Assembly: GCA_003344405.1 (NCBI GenBank)
Contig: NOWV01000025.1
Location: 248,001-312,000 of the forward strand
Direction: 5' to 3'
Source of the DNA: Trichoplax sp. H2
Lineage: Eukaryota
Length of the DNA: 64,000 nt
Shown here: in pieces, positions 51,201-64,000 of the stretch
Numbering within the stretch: the stretch's first letter is position 1
Layout of the letters: each line of letters opens with the position of its first letter
Position numbers and translations under genes: made by a program
Notes under the pieces: model-generated
Database searches by the model: none
The model's input: only the letters and a program-made list of their open reading frames with translations
Told to the model about the DNA's origin: nothing

Positions 51201-54200
51201 CACTACCATAATAATAAGAGTTAGTAAACTATTTTAGTTATCGATGCTATAAAATAATAAAAGGAGCGATAAAATGTGTCGTTTTCCTTCATCAATAGTT
51301 GCGCACATCTGCATATAATGATCAATAACCGTGGAATAACATTGAAGGATAAATTTCTGTGTCTATGCAGTTAATAGACTTCATAGAGGATGACTAAATC
51401 TTGATAAAACGAAATACTTTGCTGTGGTATACATAGCAAAAATTGTATATATTAAAAGAGGTTTAATCGCTTGTCGACGGCTAGATCTTCTCTTTTAAAT
51501 ATGACTGAGATTATTCAAGTGGCGCCTTATCAATATTAGTAAGGGGCACTATACGTATGTTATAAGGATCTGTTAAATAGATGTAAGAGCTATACCATTT
51601 TAGCATGGTAAAGCATTGAAGCCATGTAACGTTATCTCTCATATTAATTCGTTATTGTGATATGAACTTAAGACTAATTTAAGTTAAATATCATTAAATA
51701 TAGCAAGAGATAACATCCATAATGGCAATTGGTGTTATTTCCTATGTTATGTTATTCAACAAGTAGCATAAGAATCTAATATTTATTCCATCAAAAGTTG
51801 GTCAACATTTTTAAATACGACTAAGGCTTTGACTAGCTCTTCGTTAAGGTTGGTAATACGGGCTTATGTTCTAAGGAACGGCCAAAATCAATTTACTAGC
51901 AAAAACTTTTTAAACATTTGTAAGAAAAAATAGAATCACCATGATCATCCATAATTAATACAGTACAAGTATTTCTTATACTAGTACGTTGCTACGGTGT
52001 GTTATGAACCTTTAATCTACGAAAAAGATGTTGAACGAAACAAGGCAATGAAGTCAAACTGATTCTTTGTATTAGCTATGATGACGCAAATCTAAGATTA
52101 ATGTATCAGTGCCATTTTTTAACATGGTGCGACAATTGAGTGATGATGGTAATCAACGCTATTTCCTATGCTAATTGGTTTGCTATTATTATGATATCCT
52201 TAATATATTGTAATTGATCATAGTTGAATCACTAATTTTTATAAAATATTTATTGCGCATTTCCAGGAGAGTAAAGGCTACCATGCTCATTATCTATTAC
52301 GATAAGACACAATATAGTAGCTGATTTCCGATTTTTTACCGTTCCTTTCATATTCGTAATTCTAATTTCACTTACCCGTTCAGTCATCAATCTTTGATTT
52401 TCTAAATCTCTGTCTAGTAATTGTTTCTGTAGTTTGAAATTGTTATCTTGTTGCTCAGTCAGTTTATTTCGTAATTCAGACTATTGATGAAATAGCAATA
52501 GCAACAATAATTAGCGCTATACAAATGATAAATCCCCAGTAAGTACCCTGTATTGAAGTTAGAAAGATTAGTAACATACCAAGGTGCCTTGTAAACTGAT
52601 TAATTCTTTTCGATAGGTTAAAATTTCATTCTACAGTTTGTAAGAACGATAATGACGCAAGTTAGTACCAGTACATATGAAGTACTCTAGTGCTATAGTC
52701 CCAAGTAGTTGCTAGTACATCGCTGTCGGCGGATAAAATGTAGCTTGCAGCCAATATACGAACGGACAGTGATCAAACTAGTCATCTCAGCGATGAAATG
52801 AAAATCCGATTTAATTGTCATACCTTGTAATATTCTTCTAATGATGCGCTATTCGACATGCTGTTATCGTCAGATGGATGTGAACTTACTTCGTCTCCAT
52901 ACTAAAAAAAATAATGTTCAATAGTTTATCCTATCGCATCCGTAAATACTTTTATTATACTCGACTATATTATTATCATCATTAATTTAAAAGTAAGGCT
53001 GTGAAGGAAATGGAAATATTCTATGAAATCCTTTCGAGTAGTTTTTCTCTTCAATTAATAATTTAAGATGGACAGTCTGATATCGAAGCTATACAATTTT
53101 ACTATCCTTATAAGTTTTATATTAAAATAAATTGACTCACCTTTCCTCGTCTGCTTTTTGATTTATCTTGGATGGGAGAATGTTGTAATATTATTTGGTC
53201 GTCAGTAACAGCAAGTCCAGGTGTTGAATTTTGACTGCGATCATCTGAATTATAGCTATTCCGAGATGGTGATATTTGATGAACACTAGCCGTAACATAT
53301 TTATATTGTGCGTCTTGAGATCGATTGTGGTTGTCATCCGAACTATCATTATGATTAAACGATTTCTTTCGTATTACTTTTGGGGCTTGACCAGCTGGTA
53401 ACTTTTTTCTACTAGGCGATTTGGATCTTCGTCGGCCACTAGCATCGCTAGAGGGTACACTGTCTGTGCTTAGGCCATTCCTTAATAACTGTGATGTACT
53501 TCCTGCAGATAAATAATTATCGGTACTTGATTGCGCTCGTCGGGCACTTTTATCAGAATTGTGACCATCATTGGATATATTGTAGGATGTATGGCGATCA
53601 AGAGTAGATGAATGATAGGCTGATCTATTGGTATAGCTTGATTGTTTAACGCTATGAGGTTTATAATGGGCAGCGATAGCTAATACCAATCTCATGGTAG
53701 CTTTAATGTTGCCATCGACAATGTCTATCAAATTGAATTCAATCATTCCGAAGGATTGATGTTATTTTTATGATAAAATTAATGACGATTTCTATTATAG
53801 TTTGTTATTTACCTTTTGCTACTGTTCGGTGCATTTGCATGCGTTTAGCTGCCATAAATTGTAAGACTCGGTCGACATTATTTTGACAAGCTTCAATTGT
53901 TTCAGGATTATTATCGATGCCAGGTAGAATTTCGCCGCCTAAGTGAACAAAATTGTGAGTGATGTACGCATATAATTATCAGAGAGAATACTATGGCTGC
54001 TTTAATAAACTTGGCAATAGCTAGAAACACTTAGAGACATTTCTTGCTATCAATAAATTTTGCTATTTCATATTTGACATCTATAAATAGCCGAGTAGTG
54101 GCTTACTAACAGCAGTCACTGCTATCGCAACTTTCTAGCAATACTAGCTAATAAAGAATTGGTTGAGTAATTTGATGGACTGTATGTAATTATTGTCGTT

Positions 54201-56329
54201 GCTATAAAAAAAACGGCACTGTAAATAGAGTATACATGATTTGACAGTAACAGCGGTAATTAGTTGGTTATCATTGGACTATTGATTCATCTTTAATTAC
54301 TGTTAATAGAGTATATAAAGTCGATTAGCGGCTTCGTTCAATATTTTAAGTGTTTAATCTAATTTGAAATGGTAGCTATAGTAGAATCGGGGGATCTGAT
54401 GTTTAAGACTTGAGGAATGGTAAATTATTGATCATAGGAGATAATTCTATAATGATTTTCGTTTTGCTAAGGCACATTAAAAGGCGATAGATTAAGCAAA
54501 CTTAAGCACTATTCCTGCAATGAACATAATATGTAGTACGGTAATTAATGTTAGTTTAGCTAGCAATCGTTCCCTTTTCCTAGATCGGATTGAATTGCTT
54601 AATTGGAATCTTTGGTTAAATTAGTAAGTGTAACGTATAAATTTGATAGATTGTCAGTGCGAGTAAGAGTTATTGACTAAATCATCAGGATAGCTACCGA
54701 TGTATTAAATAGCTGACCATGATGAGTGGAAAGGCGCTAGATAAAATAATTTGGAAGGACGATATTGAAGAGGAAGTTTACTTTACCACAGTAGATTGTT
54801 AAGAACTTGCCGAATAAAGAGATAGTATGAAAAAGAATAACCAAAAACTGTTGTCGTCAATTTGGGTTATACTTTGTGCATGCTTCCGTATACTGGATCC
54901 AATTCATAACAAATTATATGCGTTTATGGCGATAGTCTAAAATAATTAATACAGTCTACATTTACATCCTACTGCTTTTCTACTCTTAAAATGATTAACG
55001 TGATACATGCTTGTATTATCCTTTCCTACAGGTTGGCCTCACTAATAAATGAATTAATAATTTGATATCCTATGCGATTATTGCGATGCTGGTATGCTAA
55101 TCAAACGCTGCCAGCACTTATAAATAAATATCTGAGAATGAGGAGTGCAATAACGCTCAATAAAGTAATATTTGGATGGACGACATTGAAGCGGAAGTTC
55201 CACTTTCGAGAATAGATAGTTAAGAATTTGCCGAATAAAGAAGTAAGATTATAAAGCATTACAAAATATCCTTGTTATACATTTGGGGGTATACTTGGTC
55301 CATTCTTTCACAAACTAGATCCGATTTATAACAAGTTATATGCGATTATGGACATATTCTAAAACGATCAATATAGTCTACACTTACGTATATCCTACTA
55401 CCTTCTACTCTTCAATAATCAACGTGATATACACTTATATATTATCCTTTCTTGAAGGTTAGTATCACTCAATGAATTGATGCTTGATATCCTATGCGAT
55501 TATTGCTATGGTCGTAGGTTAATCAAGCACTATAAATACTTTTATATATTATCCTCTGCTAAAGATTAAGAATTATTCAATGGACACGTGAAATCTTATG
55601 CTATTATTGCGATGCTTGCGTATATTGATCGACACAGTCAATACTTCTATCATCTTCTAACCGTTAATAATCATTTCATTAATTGATTGATGTCTGCAAT
55701 CCTATGCGATTATTACGGTATTTCGAAAGGGGGTTAATGCAGTACATGGCGATATTATCCCTTCTTGAAGATTACTAGTTATTCCATTAATCGATGTGAC
55801 AAATTACAGATGATGATTGCAATGGTTATGTACAGTCGTACTATGATTAATACTACAATTTACTATCGTTCATTTCAGAAGGCCAATAATAAATTAGCCA
55901 ACGAATGGACATGTAAAATTATTTCACAATTTCAAAATAATCAATATAGTCACACTCATCTCCTACTTTTCTAAATTTCGATCATGATTATAGGCGATTA
56001 TCACTCTACTTAAAAATAGTAATCATTCAATTCATTAAGGCATAAAATCACGAACGATTATTGCAAGACTCGTAATGTGTTCTAGAAAGTATTCGTTGAC
56101 ATTATACTTCATCATTATCAAATGAATAGCTACACAAAATTAGGTGCAAGTATTACGATAATGATAAAATTAATTCCAACTAACCTACTACAGACTTACT
56201 TAATGCAGCAATAAGTTGTGCCAAGGCAACCCCATCTCGAAGATCATCTTGAAATTGATAAATTTGGCGTTGTCCAGAGATCTTTTTCAATTGTGAATTA
56301 ATCCACAATGTATAAGTGACAATTTGTTG
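48232..56329 (-). CDS. DIXDC1: Dixin (CH domain + S/R-rich region + coiled coil + C-terminal DIX domain), Wnt pathway scaffold; start exon not fixed
   Basis: Exons (minus strand): 56329-56200 (QQIVTYTLWINSQLKK..DDLRDGVALAQLI), 53938-53813 (GEILPGI..NNVDRVLQFMAAKRMQMH), 53724-53141 (DIVDGNIKATMRLVLAIAAHYKP..), 52901-52824, 52630-52580, 52480-52376 (coiled coil), 51156-51082, 50795-50694, 50504-50406, 50245-50183, 48842-48697 (TKVSYHLEGETKP), 48527-48419 (ITFGDFKK..YYFKELDPEFGTVKKE), 48309-48232 (LFDDDDILPGWEGNIMAWIEEGVTV*). 1746 nt in frame. CH+DIX combination and motifs DLRDGV, LDPEFGTVKxE, PGWEG are characteristic of DIXDC1. A candidate phase-0 start mini-exon is 56420-56403 (MLHYQQ). Confidence 0.93.
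54735..55540. repeat. Diverged ~420-bp tandem duplication in a Dixin intron, followed by shorter relics (CCTATGCGATTATT) to ~56070
   Basis: TTTGGA(A/T)GGACGA(T/C)ATTGAAG(A/C)GGAAGTT..TTAAGAA(C/T)TTGCCGAATAAAGA..GATATCCTATGCGATTATTGC at ~54750 and ~55170. Confidence 0.85.
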
Positions 56330-59300
56330 CTATAAAAATAGATTTAAAAATTAAATTTGTATTCGTTAAATTTGTAAAATATTGCATTATTTAGTTTGAT
56401 ACTTGTTGGTAATGAAGCATAAGTTACTATTTTAGATAGGCTACAACACTTGTATTATAAAATTTTTATTTACATATTGAGTATCAGTCTTCATGTTAAG
56501 TTAATGGTATACTAGACTAGTTTTTACGGATTATCATGAAGCTGCTTATACGATTTTATTGCAAAGTATGGAGGGATAAAAAATATACGTGTCATCAAAA
56601 GGTATGTAGAATCCTTCCTGTTGAATTGAGCATTATCCAGGTTGTTATAAATATAATCAATGGCTACGATGAATATCTCTACCGTGGGAAGAAAAATACC
56701 CCTGTTTGTAGAAAAGTGCGCAGAAAATGCAAGATTGAAATAGAATTCTTCTTTCAATGTTAACGCTTGATTTAGTGTCATGATGAATAATGAACGGATA
56801 GCAAAGGCAAAGGAAGTAAAGGCTAATGATAGCAAAGTATACTAAAGCTCTTGCTACTGTGTTACAGAGACACTTTATTGACAGTAATTATAGAAAATAA
56901 TATGCTTGGACATTATTGTTCTAAATCAATAGCTGTAATGAATATTGCTAGAAGGGAAAGGAAAGGTTCAAGACTAGTCATAGCAGGGGATAGCAACACC
57001 TTTCTATTACCTTTCATATTTATTTTTTGATTGATTGATTGTCATGATGGATTATTGTCAGTATAGTGATTGTTGTTTTGACGCATCGAGTAATGGCTTT
57101 GAGGTAACTTGTTGGAGAAATATTCTTCAATTGATTTGTGAAATGCTATATTGAACATGGATATATAATTTCTAATAAGCATGGATGATTCTATAGTATA
57201 GATAGAGATTGCTTGCTATAAATGCCTGGCGAGAATTAGTGTTGCTGCAAAGGTACAATAATCATTGCTGTGCCACTAGAAGGATATAGAAAATCCTCCT
57301 GATCAATCCTTGATTAGTATAGATTATGATGAGCATAGTAGTCATGGTTTCCATTCTCTGTGGTGATAAAAATGGCTGCAAAGGAAATGAGAAACTACCC
57401 CTTGAGGTTCTACCGAATCCTCTTTTTGATTCTTAATGGTCGATTGATGATAAAGATGGTCAACTACCTAAGGTGATTATGAATCCACAACAAGAATTCA
57501 TGAATGAATAGGACTACAAGGAAAGGAAAATAAGAATTACTGGTACAGAAGAAGAGTATTCAGCAATCCTGTAAATGCTACTATCTGAAATATTATCCTC
57601 ATCAATTGTAGCTATCCGTCAAGGGATTGTTTTGCCCTGCATCCAATAGCAGCCATGAATATTGCTGTTGGGGAATAAACGATTAGCTTCAACATGTCGT
57701 TGCTCCCTCATTTCATAGACTACAGTCCATAGCGATGGTCCATAGTACGAGTATAACTTTGATGTTGAAGATGGCAAAATGAGGTAAAGACAAAGCTATT
57801 GATTAGTATGAGCAGACATAAGACGCCATTTTCAATTAGATTAGGATGCCATCTGGCGCGTCGTTAATTTACTATTAAGAATATAAAGTCTTTCCTTTAA
57901 TTAACTTATTATCCCCATCCAAAATTGTGCTCAAGAATGCCTTTACAACTGTATGATATTCATTCTTCACTTTTCAAGTTATACGATCCGATACTTTCCA
58001 TTGCCTTCAAGATGAAAGCAAAATTATTCTAAATATTAAAATGGCAGTTGATAGGTAATCACGCGTTACCATGATCCATCCATCGCTGACAATATTGATC
58101 AGCAAGGCAAATTAGATCGGTACATGAAATTTTTTCAACGGACAACATTCTGTCTATGTCTATGATATGAATAGTGGTTTATGGCTGTAATTAGTTCTAC
58201 AGCATGGATCGATAATCAGTGGATGTGCTAAAGTGATCCATGTTTGATGAGATTGATCAGCGGGATAACCGATGTACCAGCTCAGACTCGATCCTTCTCC
58301 AAAATAAATCAACTACTGTATGCGGATTTAGGCATGGCTGTATTAAAATAAATATATCTTTCTACGAATGGAGTTGTTAATCGGTAATTTATTCTTAGGT
58401 TGAAATGATCGATGGCTAATGCGATGGACTAGTAGGGCAATGTATCAGTAAATTCAATCTACTTATTCCACCATTTGTTTAGCTAAAATGGAGTTATAAG
58501 TATCAATATTGTCTTGTAGACGCCTACAAATATTGATTGATTCGTCGTCAGAACTATTTTATAATGAGTAAAGAGTAGAACCTATCAAGTTGTTCAATAT
58601 CCATAAAAATAATGGAAGAAAGTCACGGTGATTCAAAATATTCAATCAATTCTACAGTGGATAATATCCTATCTTTCCCTTTTCCATCACGATAACGATG
58701 TCAAAGTTACCCATTAGAATATTGATAACCACGAGATCTAAGAATAAGTTTTGTCCTAGATACTTATAGTACATTAGAAGTAGAAATGTGTAAATTGTCC
58801 ATCCTCTTTCTCGTCATGATTACGATGTGAAAGTGACGAATTGGAGTGGACAACAACGATGATTATGAATCAATTTTGCTGTAGAGAATCACGGTGGAAT
58901 AGAAATAGAGAAAGGAAAGAAATCATGTCTGGCATGTTGTACCAACTTGATTCACGATCAAGAACGAATATGAAAGGGAAAATTAGATTGATATCAAGAC
59001 TAATTGATCGTAAAGTCGAAACTATCATTGCGATCCATGACGATGAGCTAGTTTGTCTACAAATTAATTCGACTCCAGTCTAGGCTAGTAATAGGCATGC
59101 AAAGTGTGTCCAATTCTACGTTAAAAGTAGGGATTGCATCTTATTGGAATGGCGGATACTGATTTCCAAAAAAAAATCGACAGATTCTTGTTCATTTACA
59201 GCGCTTTTAATCGATTACGGATGGGAAAGGGCCTATGCATAGTGTGCCAACTTGATTAACCATCAATAACGGATATGGAAGAGGAAATGGGATTGATGGA

Positions 59301-59849
59301 AAGAACGTTCATTATTGTTGAATAATATGCATTTTATCATGGAATATCTTGATTGATTGGAAAAGGATATCATGCAATGGGTTTGGCTTTATTGCTGTAT
59401 CTGGACTGGACGACTTTGGTTGAAGGAAAAATTTCTTCTATACCATGTTGAGCATGGCTATTAAAAACGATGGGCAATTCAATCTGTTGAACAACATGGA
59501 TCATGTTGTTCAACAGATTAATTCATCAGATCGATCATTGTATCTTACATTGGATGAGGATAACCTTTGTTTATTAGACAATTTCTCCATCATGCAAAAA
59601 GGGGATAAAATCAGCCTAGGTAGTAGTAATGTAGTGATAACTTTCTTTCTTCTATTGCTTATTTCCTTAGCAGCTTGATTTGGATTATGGCGTCGAAATG
59701 GGCGATTGTAGTGGATGTAGAAGGCAAGGTTGAAAGTCATCATTGGTCATGTTAATTTATCCTAGAGTTGACTACTCCATCGATCGTTGTTGTTCTTTTG
59801 GCAGATTATGAAAGGGTAAATAGACTGATCAACAAGAGGAAGTGATTGC

Positions 59850-61750
59850 CATGATAGCAAGACTATCTGCTAATGCAAGTCCTGAAGTTTGCAATCATCA
59901 TGGAGATCATTTGTCTAATTTATCTTCACTTGGACTACTCTTGGCTTCGCCTAAATGGATGAAATTGCTGTCATCCTAGCAAGACTTTCTGCCAATGCAA
60001 GTCGTAAAGTGTGCCATCATCATGGAGATTATTTATTCAATTTATCTTCACTTTGACTACTCTTCATTTCGCATAAATGTGTGAAAACAAGTTGTCATCA
60101 TCTTGGTGATGATAACTGCCTTGTAGAATTTCAATTTTCCCTTCTTTTCTCCCTTGTATAGGGTTCAAAATTAGACCAGTTTTCTTCACTGTGACTACTC
60201 ATAGCTTAGTAACGGTATATGCAAGCGCGCAATCATTATGGTGATTATGTGTAGAATTGATCTTCACTCTGGCTACTCTTAGCTTAGTGAAAATGCAATT
60301 TTTCTTCCTTGTAGAAGGCTGAAAATTAGACAACAATTTTTCTTTCCTGTGATTACTCCTAGCTTAGCATCCATGTGTGAATACGCTGCAATTCTCATGG
60401 TGATCCTGTCTACGATCTATTTCCACTTTGGCTACTTCTAGCTTAGTAGAAACGCGTGAAAATGCTGCTATAATCAGAATGATTATGAATTTGCAATTTT
60501 TCTTTCCTTTCTCCCTTGTAGAGTGGTCAAAAGAAGATCAAGTTACCTTCACTGTGACAACTCCTAACTGAGTATAATTAGATGAAAACACTGCAATCAA
60601 CATGGTCATCATGTACATCTACAATCTATCTTCACTTTGGCTACTCCTAGCTTAGCATAAGCGCATGAAAACGCTACAATGATCAAAACTGATTGTGAAA
60701 TTCCAAATTTTCTTTCCTTTTTCCCTTGTGCTCAAAAGAAGATCAATTTCTCTTCACTGTGACTCCTTATAACTTAGCATAAGTGTGCAAATATGCTGCA
60801 ATCATCATGGTGATCATGTCTCCAATTTCTCTTCACTGTGACTCCTTATAACTTAGCATAAGTGTGCAAATATGCTGCAATCATCATGGAGATTATGTCT
60901 CCAATTTCTTTTCACTTTGGTTACTCAGAGCTTGGCATAAGCGCATGAAAACGCTACAATCATCAAAGGGGTAATTGTGAAATTTCAATTTTTCTTTCCT
61001 TTCTTCCTTGTAGAGTGCTCGAAAAGGATCATTACTCTTTACTATGACTAGTCATAGCTTAGCAGAAGTGTGTTAAAAACGCTGCAATTCTCTTCCTGAT
61101 CATTCCTGCCTTGTGAAATTGCAATTTTCTTTTCACTTCTCCCTGAAAAAGCGCTCGAAAGATGGCAATCTCTCTTTCCTTCGGCAACTCAGAAGTGTGT
61201 AAAATCGCTACAATCACCATAGTGATCATTTCTACCATGGGAAATTTTAATTTTTCGTAATTTTTCTCCGTGGTAAAGTCCTCGAAAAACGATAATCTAC
61301 CATTCCTTGGCCTATTTATAACTGTGTGCAAACGCTGTAATCATTATGGTGATAATCATGATTTCTACAACTTCTCTTTCCTTTGGCTACTCGTAGCTTT
61401 ACATAAGAGCATGAAAATGCTGCAATGATCATGATGATTGTCCGATGGCAATATTTCTCTCCTTTCTCCCTTATAGAATGATCAAAAGAAGGCCATTTCT
61501 CTTTACTGGGATTACTCGTAGCTTAGCAAAAGTGTGTAAGAGCATGAAAACGCTGCAATGATCATATGATGATTGTCCGATGACAATATTTCTCTCCTTT
61601 CTCCCTTATAAAATGGTCAAAAGAAGGCCATTTCTCTTTACTGGGATTACTCATGGCTTCGCAAAAGTGTGTGCAAACGCTGTCATGGCGATCATGGAGG
61701 CTTATACAATTTCAATTTTCCTATCCATTAATATTAAATCATTCAGAATT
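59850..61750. repeat. Large degenerate satellite-like array (~70-130-bp units with higher-order structure)
   Basis: TCTTCACT(G/T)TG(A/G)CTACTC.TAGCTTAG..AAAC(G/A)CTGCAATCATCATGGTGAT repeated many times. Near-perfect 79-bp copies at 60744/60823/60902 and ~133-bp copies at ~61405/61538. Confidence 0.92.
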
Positions 61751-62199
61751 GTATTTCCATCATTCTATCCAATTCTCCCTTGTCATGTGGCCGGAAGATT
61801 TTAATTTTTTTATGAATGGGACAGTATCCTATTTTAATATATACTGTAGATATGTTAAAATAGCGTTATGATCATTCGCTTGATTTCTATCTTGGAATAC
61901 CACAAGATGACAACCATCTTCTACTTGCCATGAACTAATAAACTACTTCAAAGGAGTACCAATGGAGGATAACATGGCTACTCTATTTCTTCTTAGCCGT
62001 TGAATACAAAGATTTCCATTTTGATTTCCTTCTTGACTAGTAGATTACTACGGTTAAATAGACATTTCTATCAACAATATATTGTCCATCAACATCCATG
62101 GACTACCACAAAGTCTGTTTCCAGTAGTTTACATTTCATTTCTACTTAGCAAAAAGAAGTGATTGAAAGATTCAATTTTCATTCCCTGTAGTTGATCTT

Positions 62200-63800
62200 T
62201 GCCATGAAAGGGTGGCTAAGGCAAAGTAGCCGAACCATCAATATTATTCATCATCCTGTTGAATTTCTACCTTGGATGGAGCGATTGAAAATATTATTTT
62301 CAAGATAAGTTTAGCAACCTTCTCATGGATGATTCTTTGGCATTTCTACCTTGGATGGATTGATCGAAAAGAATATTTTCAATCGGGACAAGATTGTCGT
62401 AGAAACCTTCTCATGGATGATACTGTTGTATTTTTACTGTGGATGCTGAGTCATTGAAAATGGTATTCTCAATGAGGACAAGATGGAAACTTTCCTATCG
62501 GTGAATCTATTGACGAGTATTTCTACCTAGGATTGAAAATGTACTTGACAACAAAGTAGAAACCTTCTCATTAATAATCCTGTTGTATTTCTACCTTGGA
62601 TTGGACGATAGCAAATCTTTTCTTGGACCCATCAAATGCTGGAAAAAAGTAAAAATAGGCGAAAAAAATGGCCGTATCGAAGGTAACTCAAGTATCATCA
62701 TCCTATCGATTTCTACTGGATGATAGATTGCAGCTACAAATCATCGTCATCGCCCATCTGCAGAACAAGTAGTGCAATATACTAGTGACAAAGTTGAATA
62801 TCATGATCTATTTCTATCAAGGGAAGAATAACAACTTTGAAATTATTTTCTTTGCCGTCACGATAGGGACCAAAGCGATCAAATAGGCTAGTGACAAAGT
62901 ACAATATCATGATGATATCCATTTCTATCCATAGATTATTATTGGAAGATGGAAATGTTTTGGCTATTGATCCTTTGAAGGGTCTAGTGATGCCAAATTT
63001 ACAATATCTTTTTACAAAGTCCAATGATTGACTAAAAGTATTTTCATCATCATGTCTCTATCTGTCCTACAAGATGGAAATATTTTGGCTATTGATGCAC
63101 AACCTTCTCTTAAGAGTCTAGTGATGTCCAATGGCGGTAAGTTAGTTTATGACTAAACGTATAATCATTTTTGGCCTACGGTTGGAAATTTTCTGTTGGT
63201 TATAGACCTCGAGCATCCTTTTGGCAAGGGATGTGAAATGGCAGTGACAAAGTTGATGAATAAAAGAATGATCATCATGTCCTTGTCTATCCTTAGACTA
63301 TCATCAGCAACTTTCTTTTGGTGATCGAGAAAGCCACCACATTCTTTTCGCCAGGGATGTAAAATAGCAGTGACCAAATTGATAAATAAAAGTCGGATTA
63401 TTCTTAGACTACGATTGGAAACTTTCTTCTGGTTACAGACCTACAGAATCCTTTTGGCAAGTGATGTCAAATGGCAGTAACAAAGTTCATGAAGAAAGGC
63501 ATCATGTCCCTCTCTACCCTTAGACGGCCATTAGCAATTTTCTTCTGCTTCTAAACTGACAACATCCTTTTAGCAAGTGATGTAAAATGGCAGCAACTAA
63601 GTTGATGAATACAGGTATGATCATGGTGTCCCTATCTACCCTTAGACTATTGTTGGGAAATTTTCTTCTAGTTATAAACCCCAATATGCTTTTAATAAGT
63701 GGTGTAAAATGGCAGTAACCACATTGATGAATAAAGAATTATCATACGACTATCTAGCCGTAGACTGTTATTGGAAATTTTCTTCTGGTGTTCAACCTCT
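62200..63800. repeat. Two adjacent degenerate tandem arrays (~75-110-bp TTTCTACCTTGGAT unit, then ~110-120-bp ATCCTTTTGGCAAGTGATGT..AATGGCAGT unit)
   Basis: TTTCTACCTTGGAT(G/T)GA-like at ~62263, 62343, 62520 and 62588. TCCTTTT(G/A)GCAAG.GATGT.AAATGGCAG at ~63217, 63449 and 63565, with relics at ~63340 and ~63690. Confidence 0.85.
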
Positions 63801-64000
63801 ACGATAGTGATCGTGATTGGCATTTTTGAGGATGGAAAAAATTGAAAGACGATGTTAAACTCTCCTCATCGCATGTACTGATAGTTTACAAAATCAATTG
63901 AAAAGGATAACTAAGAAAGGAAATGGGGGGTTGCTTATTCAAATGGTAAAACAAACTTCGATGGAAAACAGACTCAAGCTCGTTTAAAAATTGACATATG

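Noticed and set aside
57011..57045. Candidate first coding exon of Dixin ending at donor 57010
   Set aside because: Its open ATG frames end in phase 1 or 2 and the phase-0 frame has a stop, while the CH exon needs phase 0; it may still be a UTR exon.
58841..63377. Short ORFs within the terminal arrays
   Set aside because: They sit in degenerate tandem repeats with frame-breaking differences between units and no recognisable motifs.

Overview
AT-rich, intron-rich animal genomic DNA with short (mostly 75-200 nt) GT-AG introns. Composition and gene style suggest a compact early-branching metazoan such as the placozoan Trichoplax (inference, not proven). Three multi-exon genes were rebuilt by hand with consistent splice phases. 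(1) A + strand nephrin/Echinoid-like receptor (signal peptide, 8 Ig, 1 FN3, TM, ~525-aa tail; 15 coding exons, 8095-14808). (2) A convergent - strand CDON/BOC/Ihog-like receptor (4 Ig, S/T linker, 2 FN3, TM, long tail; 13 exons, 24310-17515). (3) A - strand Dixin/DIXDC1 (CH, coiled coil, DIX; at least 13 exons, ~56.4k-48232). The rest is non-coding with many degenerate tandem arrays. Most unusual signals: a ~410-nt, GC-richer, densely base-paired element (3218-3631) that looks like an unclassified structured ncRNA inside the intron of an apparently non-coding host transcript; a neighbouring tandem array whose copies differ by nested TA>TA-CAG/CTG-TA insertions, the Tc1/mariner excision footprint; and possible ancient linkage of the three genes.
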